Source of the DNA: Phoronis australis
Lineage: Eukaryota; Animalia; Phoronida
Direction of reading: 5' to 3'
DNA length: 64,000 nucleotides
NCBI GenBank assembly: GCA_002633005.1
Contig: NMRA01000659.1
Span: 124,001-188,000, forward strand
Part shown: positions 22,801 through 37,800 of the stretch, piece after piece
Layout: each line of letters begins with the position of its first letter
Position numbering within the stretch: position 1 is the first letter of the stretch
Made by a program: the position numbers and the translations under genes
Notes under the pieces: generated by a model
Database searches by the model: none
What the model was told of the DNA's origin: nothing
Seen by the model: only the letters and a program-made list of their open reading frames with translations

Positions 22801-25800
22801 GAGGTCCGAAATTCAATGACCTCCGTTGTCAGCTTCATAGGAACACATCTGCCAAATCTCATCAAGATCCTGTGACGGGTTTAGGAGATAGAGTGACGGA
22901 TGGCGCACGCCCAGACGGAGATGATGGCAATATGTGACCACATATGAATATATGGGCACATAACAAGCTGCAAGCAAACCTGACTTTCATTTTGACTAAG
23001 TTTTCAGATTTGTCTCAACTTCCAAACTTTGAAACTTGCACTTATGGCAAGTTACTAAAACTCAAGACAAAGCTTAACTCAAAAACTTATTAGTTGTCCC
23101 TTCCTTGTTATCTCTTCCTGGTCAAACTTAAGATCACTTTCTTGGAATGAACTTAAGACACATTGAAGTTTTAACTGAAAATTGACTCTAATTTAAAGAT
23201 TGTCTTAGCTAAGCCAGTTTCCTTGAAATGGGCCCCAGGACTTGATCACAGTCTGTACAGCAGACAGCGTAACCTGACAAAACACAAGAATCACGCAGTT
23301 TTGAGAGTGGCATCAGATTTTTTATCAACAATCTTGGACTCCACAGGTCAACAGATAACTTTAATGTTGAACTTGTCATTAGCGAATCAGACGCTGGTTT
23401 ACTGACCTTTCCATTGACCAATACTGCAGCATTTACTACAGCTCCACCATGCTCATACGTCATTGGTGGAGTGTCTGACCAGCCACCAGCGATGTCGATT
23501 CTGGCCGGGGCCTTGCCAACAACCCACTTATTCACAGCAGGCAAAGGACTGCCACCAGCTGGTTTGATGAACTGTAATTTGACAAATCAAGAGTCATCAA
23601 GTTTCTGCGTTTTAAAGAAAAAATTTTTTCCTGGTCATGACACTGCTATTTCATTGGTGGGATTGTCAAGAAAATTATAAGAATAGTGCAATGATGACAG
23701 AAGTGGCCGGAGAGTGGAGAGGATAATAGACAACAACACATTATATTACAAAAGTGGCAGGTGCCCTGATCCCCTTTGTAGGGCACCTGTCCAGCTCTTG
23801 ACAGTTCATTGCACAAGTTTATGTGGTTCAATGTATGCTATGATTTGTGCACTCTTCCAAAGTTTATTACACGGGATATGATAACTAGCAAGAAGTGCAC
23901 TTTCTGAGGTGAATATGCAGGACTGGCTAGACAATAAGTATTTCCAGCACAGCTGTAGGAGTTCCTGGAAAACAATGCAGAATACAAAATTAATGGAAGT
24001 TGAACACTTGAGGGTGCTCTGTTCAAGAGATGTTATCCATTTCAATGCTCCATAGGCTAACATAGGTCTAGCAACACCAGAGAGTGTTAATCCAGATCAC
24101 ATTCTTGGGGATACTGCCATGTTTTACACACCACACAGGAACATCTTAAGAAGGCTGAGTGCTCGACATCTATCAACAACTAGAGTCTGAGAGGCACTCT
24201 CTCACAGGGGGTTGGTTTAATCGAGTGGGTGTCGACTCCAGTGGACCTTTCCATTTTGGGAACAATAAGCGACTTTAAAAAGTCAGATTTATGACAAAGT
24301 GAGCACGTTTTAGGAAATTATGAGTAGTAAATCCAAATATTTCAAAATTTCCAAACTGCATTTTTGTGCATGGTATTCTTTTGTTACAAATTAATAAGGA
24401 GTGGTGCATTTCTTTAAGAGGAAGCGGGGTGAGTCTTCTCAATGCAAAGACTATTGTTTCCATAAATGTTCTTAAAATATATCATCAAACGTTAAAATTT
24501 GACAAAAATTATAACTTACATCAAAAAACTCTTTGTATGAATTAAAAAATTGTCCTTACTTTTATATACAAACAATTACCTTCACACCCCTTTGTTAGGC
24601 TCATCCTATGTGTCACTGATTCATTATGCACATGGTGTACTTGAAGCCCAATCTCAAAAGCAAAATGTGCCATGGAGCATGTAAATGACCGATCAAACTG
24701 GTAGTATTTGGATACTAGTTGTTTCTGGACCCACTCACAGGATCAGACGGGAGGTCCATTGAGTAGGTTTGAAATCATGGCTCATAATTTTTAATTTGAG
24801 TGTTCAGGTCGGCAAAATCTAAGATCCAAATCCCGACAGAGGCTACCATTTGCCTTTCGCCTGCTAGACAACAGGCAATGCATTATATTATAGTCTAGGG
24901 TGCATGTGATATTGAATCAATAGCAAAGGTTAAGATGGTACCCAGTACATTAACCCTTGAGACCATTTCCAAAATAATTAATACATGCAAAATCCACAAG
25001 TGGCCTCATCCAAAAATGGCAACACTAACAATGATGATTTTCAGGATGTGACTGTCTGAAAGAGACAAACAATTAGTTTAGATTTTTCTCTTGTTCAACG
25101 TGGCAAAGGTATATTGGAAGGGGAGATTTGGCCATACTTCAATTGATGAAGTGCAAAACCACTTCATGAAGTGCAACAAATACTTATTAAGTTTAATTGA
25201 GATTTATCAGAGCTTAGCAGATTTTTAAGCAGACGAAAAAATGAACTAATTTAAAATTGCCACTGGGGGGGGGGTCTGTCCAAAAATCACCATTATAGTT
25301 ACCTGCTACCTGCAATTATGGTGACTACACAAGTCGTTTTCACATGTTAAGATGGACAACGACAACCTTACACCAGAATAATACGAGCACAATGCCAAAC
25401 GCTCACCATGTGTATATTAATAAACCGAAAAGAAATAAGTGGACTTGTGCTCATTTTGTCGAATATTTCCACAGTTATCCGATCCATTTGGAAATCAACA
25501 GCTGTACACGCTCTCCAGTCATACAGTACAATAGGTTACACACCATTTCTCATAAAAAAACAAATATAGATGGTTGGAGTTAAAGTACTGTACTTACGCA
25601 ACAGCCGGCTATACCCTGAACAATGACAAATTAAAAAGTTAACAACAGAATATTGTTATGATTGTTTGCTTAAGTTGAAAAAAGCATAAAAAAGACAAAA
25701 AACGTTCTTGAATTTTCCCTTTTAAGTCCCACAACCAAAAGAAGAATGATTTTTTAAGGTCTTCGAACCAACAGAGTTTATGAGAGCACTTTGCCAATTA

Positions 25801-28800
25801 AATATACATTTGCATGCTCCTAACCATGCTAATGTATAGCAGGAAATAAACGACAATGCTATTTTAACATAATCTATGCTAAACAAAGTTCAGTTGTATT
25901 TAGCGACAATAGGTGACCTTTACACTTGTCTAATGATGTACCTCGCAGGCTCACATAGCTCGCATCATGCAGTGTTATTCCCCAGCACCACATCATGATA
26001 CTTACTGGACACGGTACAGTGATTTGCGGGTTCAGTGATTTGTGACGGATCATTTTTATTTTTGCTACAAAACTCGTTCTTAAAAACATTTGGCGACCTT
26101 CAAGCTATTTTATATTCACATCATCGCTACATGTTGTTTTTCTGACTAACTTGGCCAAGCAATCACAGAGATAAGTAATTAGCCTGCAAGTTCCACTTAA
26201 AGGATCATAGGGATGTCATAGCAAAAGCTAATTAAAACATAAATCTACATGGCTCATCTGTGCTGGTTGGATTCATACTCTGGCTTCCCAGCATAGACAG
26301 ATGACAGTTTTCTGTTCTCCCGTAGAAGTGACACTAGTCCAGTGCAATTTATTTCCCTTCACAGCATAATAATACTCATGTAAGCTGCTGCATTGACTGC
26401 ACCTGTCCAATAATTGCCAAAACTCACCCTTTTTAATTTTCAAGGCATTCTAACTTCATTTTGAAGCCCCACAAGTTTTCAAAATGTTGTCTATTGGTAA
26501 CTATGGTACAGAGCATGAGTTAGTGTAAAGAGAAAACAAGATTTGACTTGAGTGCCACCTTGTGTCCTAAACTGGTGACACTTTACCACAGCTAAACCAA
26601 AGCACTATTGAAGCAATGTTAAGAAATGTTCACTTGGAAACAATAATATATTAGAGAATGAAAGAGTTTGAAATGCATTGAACAAGTTAAAGATTGCTAA
26701 TTCCCAGTTTCAATTCAACAAAATGGAAATAAAAACAAGTTAAACGCCAAGAGGCATAATGCCATAGTTTGAAAATAGTTTAATTTCACTTAGATCCGTC
26801 AAGCTGCTTGTAATTTTATTCACACCCATATTCAGACCAAAATACAGAAAATATGCCACTAGGACCACAGCTTTTGATCTATGGAAAATCCCACTTTCAT
26901 TTTTATCAAGACAATTTCAGAAATATTTAATAAGAATTTTTCATGTGAATAAATTTAAATTTCCCATAATTTGAAAACAGCACATATTGGAGGTTCTGTG
27001 GTCTAGATTGTGAGGGTGCCCAACCACAATTTTGAGAACCAGTTTTCTCTACTGAATAACAGGCATCGACTGGTTCTCAAAATGCGGGCACGTTATATCA
27101 GCCTATATCCATTGAACTAACACACATATTATAGTGACAACAGCATACCACTGAATAGTGAATCATTTTTCACAATTAATCAGTTTTAACATCCTCTATA
27201 ATGTGCAGACAACTGGCAACCTTTGCTGGGTAACACTGACCTTAGTTGCTGTGTCAACTGCTTGTTTAATGAATATTTGTCCAGCTCCTTCATAATGCCT
27301 CGCAGCTCTGATCAGGTGGTCAGGGCGAGACAACCAGTTGCTCCTGGCAACAGTCAAAGCTTCCACTCCAGTTCTGATGTCCTTATTCTACGTACAAAGC
27401 AAGAAAATATACGCGTTACATAAAATAAACATTATCCAAATTTCAAAGCCTCCACCTTTGTAGCTTTAAGAAGTCAACTGCTGCAATTATTCTGTACCAA
27501 TTGATGAACATTTGGATTTTTACTCAGAATATAATATTCCACCAAATAAAGGTTTTCTTTGATTAATTTTACCTTAAACCCACGTTTTAGTGAAAATGCT
27601 TGACCATGTTTTTGTAATTCTATGACAACCAGATTGATTCAAGAACCAATGGTATCAATAAAAGAATTAGAGTTTCCCAAAGCACTGAAATGCAGCAGTG
27701 ATTACATCACGCACAGTGTGATTTTTAAGAGTGTTTCTTAGTGTCATGCAAGATACCAAAAACAACAAGACGAATGAATACAGAGCATTGAAAAGCTAAA
27801 GAAAAGGCTGCACGTTTTTTTCAAGTATTTCCAAAGTAGTCCAATCCCTCCAAAAATCAACATTAGATGTTGAGGCAGAAGATTTAAAGAAAACTAAATC
27901 TGCCAACAGGGGGTGCTACAGAAGAACAGTCTGAAAATTAATGTGGGCCATGGACTCCTCACTAAGAACACACCAGCCAACCAACTTTCAAGATGATTCT
28001 TCAAGCAGTTTGCACAGGCATACACCCACGATCGCAACAAAATTATGATAAAAATCGTCACTAGAGGGCAAAAAATGACCAAATCAAACTGACACTGGGC
28101 AGGTGCTCTCATTGACTTCGTAGAAGCTTATGTGCCAAATTTCATGTCTATGAATATCTATTGAAGGAACTTAGAACAAATTGAGGCATAAGAAAAGAAA
28201 ACCTAAACTGCCACTGGGAAAAGCCATAGAAGCTATCTTCATCCCAAAATCAATGGCAGCCTCAACAGGAACATTTTAAAGCAAATTTCAAGGAGGTTCA
28301 TGAAGGGACTTAGACAAAATCCCCAATAGATATTGAGCCACAGGCAAAACAATAAATTGCTACTAGGGCACGCCACAGAAATTGGAAGCGTCACCAAATC
28401 AACGGCATCTTGCTCTTCTGAGAAGAAAGACATCTGTAAATTTTTAGATTGGTCCTTCGAATGGTTTGGCAGATAGTGAATAGGTTGCCAAAACAGGCTC
28501 GAAAATAAATAAATAAAAACGACCACTAGGTGGTGCAGAAACTGAACAATTATGTTGAATCCATTCATAAATGGGAAGGTGTGGTTCACCCAAAGCACAT
28601 TGCATGACTCTAAAACTGATTGTGTCCTTTTACAGTTCAAAATTTCATCATCTGTTACATAGAACACAATTGGCAGATTTATTTGGCAGATTTATTTGGC
28701 AGATTTATTTGGCAGATTTATTTGGCAGATTTATTTGGCAGATTTATTTGGCAGATTTATTTGGCAGATTTATTTTGCAGATTTAACTAAAAATTCTTTG

Positions 28801-31800
28801 CTGAAGCTACTTTACATTAATGCAATTTTTGTGTTCTGAGAAACCAGCTTGTTCGAGACAAAGTAGTTTGCAAGTTTTTTTTAATAAGTGGACACTATTT
28901 ATTTCCACACTCATTTTTAAGCTGACAAAGTTAACATTGACATTAAAGTGATGACCAAGGAGGCAAGACATGTCCAGTAGTTGTCATATTTTTGCTTTTT
29001 CCATGGATTAGCCTACTCTTATTGGTGATAATATCATGTCCAGTTCACGAGACTGCAACACGGCTATTTTGCGTTATGACATGCAAAACACTCAAACTTT
29101 TAAACATCATTTCCAAATGATGAGAGTTCACCTTAAGCAGACTGAAGGCGCTCTTCCACTCCTTGTTCAGTGCTGGACCGCTGCGCAATCCTCCCTTCCC
29201 CTTGGACATACACTCAAGTACGTCCGCAATATTGCCCATAGTACGAGCAGCAATGCCGGGATCGGAGCACTTGATTATCACTAGAAAACACAGACAGGTA
29301 CAAAGAGTTACAGCAGTCCACTCAGTAGGACATCTCATCACACAGGGGTGCATAGATGATCGCAGGCAACTCACATACATTACATTTTGTGAAATTTAGC
29401 TACGGAAATGAACAAAAACTTCAGAGCAAAAAATAATTGGCAGGTTCTCTGATTTGCTGTTATTTCGTTTGGTCTTCATTTTAATTCACCGATGACTGTT
29501 GAAAATACAGCATAAAGAACCGNTTTGGCAGATTTATTTGGCAGATTTAACTAAAAATTCTTTGCTGAAGCTACTTTACATTAATGCAATTTTTGTGTTC
29601 TTAGAAACCAGCTTGTTCGAGACAAAGTAGTTTGCAAGTTTTTTTAATAAGTGGACACTATTTATTTCCACACTCATTTTTAAGCTGACAAAGTTAACAT
29701 ATTAAAGTGATGACCAAGGAAGCAAGACATGTCCAGTAGTTGTCATATTTTTGCTCTTTCCATGTATTAGCCTACTCTTATTGGTGATAATATGATGTCC
29801 AGTTCACGAGACCGCAACACGGCTATTTTGCGTTATGACATGCAAAACACTCAAACTTTTAAACATCATTTCCAAATGATGAGAGTTCACCTTAAGCAGA
29901 CTGAAGGCGCTCTTCCACTCCTTGTTCAGTGCTGGACCGCTGCGCAATCCTCCCTTCCCCTTGGACATACACTCAAGTACGTCCGCAATATTGCCCATAG
30001 TACGAGCAGCAATGCCGGGATCGGAGCACTTGATTATCACTAGAAAACACAGACAGGTACAAAGAGTTACAGCAGTCCACTCAGTAGGACATCTCATCAC
30101 ACAGGGGTGCATAGATGATCGCAGGCAACTCACATACATTACATTTTGTGAAATTTAGCTACGGAAATGAACAAAAACTTCAGAGCAAAAAATAATTGGC
30201 AGGTTCTCTGATTTGCTGTTATTTCGTTTGGTCTTCATTTTAATTCACCGATGACTGTTGAAAATACAGCATAAAGAACCGTACTATTCAAGTCATGGAG
30301 AATAGGTTGGTCATTGGTCTATAGAGGCATTGTATAATTATAAACTGTTCACTTACTTAGAGACGTGGTTGGTTGTTGTAGCCAAGGAACAAAATTGGTA
30401 TACTCGTAAGCTCAAAGAGGCCATAAACATCAAAAGTCAGCACCCCCTCTTGATCCGAGACAGAGGACTCCACCTACCCCCCGTGTACTCCAGCATTCCT
30501 AAGGAGCGTAAGGCGGGAAATCCCTCATTTATCGACAAAGACCTGGCGGACCAGGTCGAAACGTCTGCCAACAACCAACCACGTCTCTAAGTAAGTGAAC
30601 ATTTTATATACTATTCAAGTCATAAAGTAGCGATCAAAGGCGTGACGTATTTGTTTGGTTTTCATTCATATACTTCGCCTCTACAGAACAGGAACTGAAC
30701 CCTGAAGTTGCTGCCTCTCAATAAAGAGCTTGCAAATTCAATTCCAACTAGACCACACACCGAAAACCCCGGGCCCTGTTTCACTAAAACTTTACAATAC
30801 CTAAAAGGAGATTTGGGCCCAATCACAAGTTTCACCACAAGTCTCAGTTTATAGAGTCTTGAGTGAGTAAAAAGTCGTATGGTTTAAATTTTTATTTACC
30901 AACATTACACTTAATTCCAAAACAAGAGTAAAATAGTTTCATCCTCTATATTCTAAAAAGTACAAACTTGTACCGAAGATGCTATTTTTTCAAAAATAAA
31001 TTTAATGTAATAGATCTGGTATTTTCTTTTACTGCCTTTTAGGCCGAGAGCTTGGATGTCAAAAATCAAAAACTGCCATTTTCAAGGAGCACTGATGTCT
31101 ATATTTCTGACAGCGGAGTTTTCAGGCTAAAAGGCCTTAAAAGAAAATCCTAGAAATGACAGACCTCGGATAACCGCTGGGATTCCATACATTCACGGTT
31201 TGTCCGAAAAGCTACATCGGGCTTTTAGGCACCATGAAGTCAACACTCACGTTAAACCAATCAACACTGTCTGCAGTCAACTGGTCAAACCCAAAGATGC
31301 CACCCCACTTGAGAAGCAGTCATGTGTGGTTTATCAGATCCAGTGCTACCAGGATCCTTCTCACAAGTACATCAGTGAGACCAAACGTGCTCTTGGCACT
31401 CGCTTTGCCGAACATAAAAAAATGGATAAATCCACTGCTATTGGAGACCACTTGCTTTCATCTGAACAAAACCATCAATATCTTGATTTCTAACCAGGGA
31501 GGAACGTAGGCACTCTCGCAATATCAAAGAGGCACTTACATTTAACAGTGCAACTCGCACTTAACCGTGACCAAGAACTACAACTCTCCCCCACTCATGA
31601 CAAGGTGTTACTTCCGGTTCAACAACGGCGGTAAGATCAGTCATGTGATCAAGGGCCTGAGCTCCAGGCTCGAAACGTTATGCTTAAATAACTTATAGTC
31701 TTCTTAGTAAATAACTTCTCTCGTTTTACCATCATCACAGAAGACAATGATGAGTTATGAAACACTTTTAACTTAAAAAGTAATTTCATCCTTGGCAGGC

Positions 31801-34800
31801 CTTTACGCAACGTATGTCCTGGGTGTCCAAATGGACACCCTAGCACTAATATGTACACCCTGGCAAGGACGCCCAATGTATCATTTGGATGCCCAAAATA
31901 AATAGGAACCTTTCAAGTTTGGACTCACACATTGTAATGAATACTAGGAAGCCTCTGAAGGCTCACAGTGGGGGCTCTTTTTTCAAAGCAGGAAGAAATA
32001 TACAATGTATATACAAAGTAATTATACAATGTTGCTATGCTCACACTTGGTTGAAAACCTTGGTCTACAGTTTTTTTTAGTAAAAATGCTCACTGCAGAA
32101 GGCTGTTTTGTAAACTTAGATGTAAAAACCCTGGTCTATGCATTTTTTGTGAAAAATATCTTGTGTGTTTGGGGGATTGCTGGGGGTGGGTGTTACGCGT
32201 CGGAATCATGGACGCCCTAGAATATTGGGAATCCATTTTGGACACCCTATTTTCGAAATCCTGGATAACGGTCTGATCCTTGGTAATAATGTGGCCAACT
32301 GCTATTAATAAGAATTTACATATGATAACAAATGAACCATAATTTTAGTCCACTATAATCATAACGCTGAGTAAATCTTTCTTGCAACTCAAAACAAAAT
32401 TCTTTACACAACTGAAAACGGTTTTCAGTATTTTTTACTGCATTGTTGTCAGGAGATAAATTTAACAATAAGGACAGGCAGTACTTACTTGGCCATTACC
32501 AAGATCCTGCAAACGGTTTGGTAGATACAGCCATGAGTGCAAAAAAAATGCCATTAGGAGGCACCACAGTAATCAAAGTCATGGGAAATTCGGCGTCAAC
32601 CGTCCTCTAAATAGTAAGAACATACATGCCAATTTTCACAATGAATCATACTTAGAGCGGTTTGGTTGATACAGGGGTGGACGCCAAAAAACAGACTAAA
32701 AAAACAGTAAAAATGGCCACCGGGTGTCGCAAACTAGGTTGAACCCATCCGAAAACGGGAGGATAGCATCATCGCACTAATAGGTGCCTACATACCAAAT
32801 TTCATGAAAATCCGTTAAGGACTTGTGAAGATACAGAGGTAAACGTAAAAAAATAAAATTGCCACTAGGGGGGACACTGGTAGGCGGATTCGTCCAAAAG
32901 TCGTCATGGTCTGTTGTTAATATCATATAAATACACTAAATTTCGTAAAGATCCTGTGAACGGTTTAGGAGATACAGCCATAGGCGCAAAAAAAACAACA
33001 AAACTGCCACTAGGAGGCGCCACAGTAGTCCAAATCGTCTGAAAATCATTGTCAGCTGTCTTCTTTATAGTAAGCACATACATGCCAATTTTCACAATCA
33101 TCGTTTAAGCGGTTTGGTTGATAGAGGGGTGGACGCAAAAGTACAGACTCGAAAACAGTAAAAATGGCCACTAGGTGGTGCAAACTATGTCGAATCCGGC
33201 TGAAAACGGGAAGATAGCGTCATCTCACTAATAGGTGCCTACATACCAAATTTCATGAAAATCCGCTCAGGACTTTTGAAGATACAAAGGTAAGCGTAAA
33301 AAAATAAAATTGCCACTAGGGAGCACACCGGTAGTCGGATCCGTCCAAAAGTCGTCATCTTTTGTTGTTAACATCATATAAATATATTTACACAAATTTG
33401 TAAAGATCCTGCGAAAGATTTAGGAGATACAGCCATAGGCGCAAAAAAAACAAAACTGCCACTAGGAGGCGCCACAGTAGTGGAAATCGTCTGAAAATCA
33501 TCGTCAACCGTCCTCTACATAGTAAGCATATACATGCCAATTTTCACAATCATCCTTTGAGCGGTTTGGTTGATAGAGGGGTGGACGCACAAAAAAGACT
33601 CGAAAACACTAAAAATGGCCACTAGATGGCGCAAACTATGTCGAATCCATCTGAAAACAGGAGGATAGCGTCATCTCACTAATAGGCGCCTACATACCAA
33701 ATTTCATGAAAATCCGTTCAAAACTTTTGAAGATACAAAAAGGTAAGCGTAAAAAACTAAAATTGCCAATGGAACATATGTGCCAAATTTCATGAACGTA
33801 TGTCAAAGGGTTTTGGAGATAGAGCAGCGGAAGCCGGACGGACGCCGCCCGGACGGACGGATGGACAGACAGACGGAGATGACGGCATAATGCGTCCACA
33901 TATAAATATTTGGGCGCATAAAAAGTGGGCAGGTTCCCTAAAGAACCTCATTACAAAAGATGGCAGCTGAGTGAGTAGCCAGCTGCCACTCCCTCTGGTG
34001 GCCAGTTTAGATGCTGGTGCATCACCAAAATGGAAATTAAACTATTATCCAATTTAGTTCAGTTTCAAAATATTTGGAGTTGAGTTCATGCTTTATTACA
34101 TCAAAGGAGGGCAGCAGTGGTTTGTCCTTGATCAGTGAGAGATGGATATCTTTCGTTTTTACCTTTGTCCAGCACTGTAAGAAGCTGGTCGGAATAACCC
34201 TCAACGACCGTACTCCGGTAAAACGGCATGAGGCCACGACCTTTCATGTTGAGGAGTGTATCTTTTATACGGACTTCACCAATTTTGAAAAACAGCTCTC
34301 TGCAATTATTAAGGCTCTTTTAATTACCTGACATAAAGTTTTGTACACAAAATAGACTGATTCCAATGGTGATATCATATTGTACATTATTGTCTCCAGA
34401 TCCATATGACTTGATATTCCTGAGTCAATCTACAGTGCAAGTCAAAGGAAAAAAGACAAAATGACCTACAGTTAATGTGTGTCATGACAGTCAAGCACAA
34501 AAAGGATTATATGCTTCAATGGTCGAGTGTAATGGAATTGACTGTCCTGATAGTAACCCAAGTCATGACTGGTAAAATAAAACAGTACACATGAATAGGT
34601 TATCTACTAATGCCTATTGTTTGGATCTATTCAATCGTAAACAAACCTCAAGACACTTTAAAAAATATCTACATCGCGTGACAAACACTGATGACAGAGT
34701 ACACTGTAATTAGGTCAACTATTGCCTCACAACTACATATGGGTCACACTTTCTGTTGCAAGTTTCATCGGGTTAAAATTGATACATACAGCACATGAAT

Positions 34801-37800
34801 TTACATTTTATAAAAGAACTGATGTTGAATGATTTCACATCAAAAACATTCATAATGTTTATGCCTGTTCCATTGTTCACGGCATCAGCACGCTGACCTT
34901 TGACCTAATTAAAGCACTCACAAAAACTATGATTTGCATCTCCACACTCTACTGTCCTCTTTCATGGGTCTCAATTTTGCATGATACAAACAAAATGACA
35001 ACATTTCCAAACGAAAGATATCAAAAAATTTTCAAAGAGCAACCAAAGAAATCATTTAGGGAAATTCTGACATGTATTAATCCAGCCGATGTTTGAATTG
35101 TCTACAGAAAGATGACTTAGTGTCTTCGCACTTCCTTGACAATTTTGAATTCCCAGTAGCACTGTGGAACGAATTTACGTTCCTAAGACATTTGCTTGCC
35201 ATTGCCATGGAGCAAGTAACAGCCCTGGCATTATGTTCACATGATGATGTAACCAAACGGTAGGTCCACACACACAGGCTCATCCACACCAACTGAATTT
35301 GAACTCCAGGTACTGTACCGATCTGTGAGGACATTTTGGGTGCACCCTGTATAGTCCTGATTCACATGGCATGCTTCAAATAGTTTGCCCATTTTGCGCA
35401 ATGCTATTGGACTAATTTTCCAGTAGAGTCTCATGTTCAGGTGGTAACGGGCCCTGAACTCTCAAAAAGCTGAGAGACCTTAGCACACTGATATTGTTTG
35501 CATCAGTGTAATACGAAACCAGTCACGTTAGTCTAATCATAGTTTGTATGTAAATGATAGCTAAATTAAATAAACAATATCCAAGTCATCTGAAAATCGA
35601 CACATAAATATTTGATGTCCATTTCCAACATTTCCTGAAAAGTTCAGACATAAAAACTTGACTGTAGCATATTGTATGTTTAACGATACATGACATGCAC
35701 ATGATCAATCTACATGTATTGTTGAAATGGTTACCTTCTCTGACTGAACTCTGTGGTCAGATCACATTGACCTAGAATGTCCCGAATAGACAACCTCCAA
35801 GACGAGCGCCACCTGGGGAAAAATACAGAACAATCAGAATGCATTATACACTGTGAACACAATGTCAAATTCAATCACAGAGCTGACAGATCCGGAAGAT
35901 GAGCGCACAGATGTGTTACGGATCAACATATTTTCAATAACACAAATATACTCTGCCAGACTTCTGCAACTTGAAACAGTTACTGATCACAACCTCATTC
36001 CATCCACTTACAATGTCAAGACTGCTGTAAACAACTGAACCAGCTGATGGTATCATATCCACACAATGCATAGTAAGGGTTATCCCAAATATCGCTAAAC
36101 AAAACAAATTCAACAACAAGAGACTGACACACGGGATTCCCACAAAACTTGCACAATTTCTACATATTAAGTACACTGATATGACAACTAGAAGTTTGTC
36201 AAAATCACACTTTAAATGCTAATGTTACGCTAGCTTTTATCAACATGTCTGTGTTTAAATATACAAAAACTACAGACATTAAATCAGCAGAAACATTTTA
36301 TTTTAAAAAAATTAAGAAAGTAGAAACCCAATAGAGTTCAATTTGCCACTTTTTACCAATCTGCCATCAACTCGGTCACATGACCATGTCTTTTTGTCAA
36401 ATTTAGAAAAAAAGTTAACAGTAACTTTCACCAAATATGGTTTGAGATGAAACCTCAAAAATGTTGTTACGGTTTTCTCGCATTTTCGATTTGTGTTACT
36501 TTTTTTCATGAAAACAATAAAAACCCAACTTTATTTACGCTTTGTTGCAAACATGGAACATTCTAAAACAATTCCTAACAGAGTTTTGGAGAACAGTATC
36601 ACCCATTGAAACTTCTCAAATAAATCCGCTCAACCATTTCTGAAAAATGACATTCGCAAGTTCGCAAAATTTCGACACTTGCCTAAGGTCTATATAAACA
36701 TAAATCTTGGTAGTGAACAAGAACACGTTTCCTACTGCTTACTGCAAGTTGTTATCTCACCTGGCTAGTGTCTCCAGGCTGGCATTGTGACTTTGAAGCC
36801 ATAAGACATCAGGCAGACCAACTGGGTATGTCGCATGCAAGACTGGGAACAACTTGGCATTCAACAGACACATGTCACTGACCTATAAACACATTGTGCA
36901 ACATGCGATCAGTTTCCAAGGCAGTTAAGCAAGGAACTTTATGATACTATTACCCCCCTGTCATGTGATTTTCTTAGAAATTCAAGGCCATTGTTTTACA
37001 TCATGATCAGCAGCTGTTCAAACACAGAAATTGTTGTAACAACGCTAAGATTTCAAAAACATGACTGTGCATTGACGGCTAAATTTAATCCAGAGTGAAT
37101 AGAATTCTTCTTAATTTGCGAGTATGCCAAGTTACAAGGCCACAAATAGAGATGAACATTTTGCATTTATAAACTTGTGATACAATTTTAAGTGATAAAT
37201 GAAGACTGAGGTAAATATTAACAGCGAAAAAATGAGGAACAAAGACATGTAATTAACTGCCATGTCAGTATGGAAAGAGAAAATTAACAATAATTGCAAA
37301 TAACGCAAGCATCGTCATTGTTGACAGGATTCACAAGCAAATATTGACAGTGTATTATTACCATAACTAGCATACGTGCGCCCTTGTTCAGGTTTAAACC
37401 AAGTTGTGACGAAGAATGAGACCTGGTGCAGCAGCCTGGTCCAATGGTACTTCAACCTATGACTTTGAAAACTAACCAAGTTTGGACCATGTTTTACAAA
37501 TATTGCATTTCCCCTTCCCCAACAGAGCGCCATAAACCAACAGGTGAATGCCATTCAAGACACACAGACTCCAGCAGCAGGACACAATCGTCACACTGCA
37601 CCTCAGGTACAGAAAAGAGGCAGAGAAGTTTAAAATATTCAAAGATTCGACTATGATTTAAAGACATTTTGTTTCCCTTACCTTGTCTGAGTCCCATATG
37701 TCAGCAGACGTAATACCCGTCTGCTCAAAGAAATCATTCCAAGGCTTGTTACAAAAGGTGGCACCGGGGTCACTCACAGGCAGCTGTCAAAAAGATAGTG

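Larger units (their letters stand above)
28762..30281. repeat. ~760-bp direct duplication across the assembly N (28762-29522 and 29524-30281)
   Basis: Near-identical copies with a handful of intronic SNPs and one small indel; N at 29523. Confidence 0.92.

Noticed and set aside
35077-35470. Minus-strand ORFs in intron 15 that might be an extra exon or transposase relic
   Set aside because: Exons 15 and 16 join in phase without them, and I recognise no motif.
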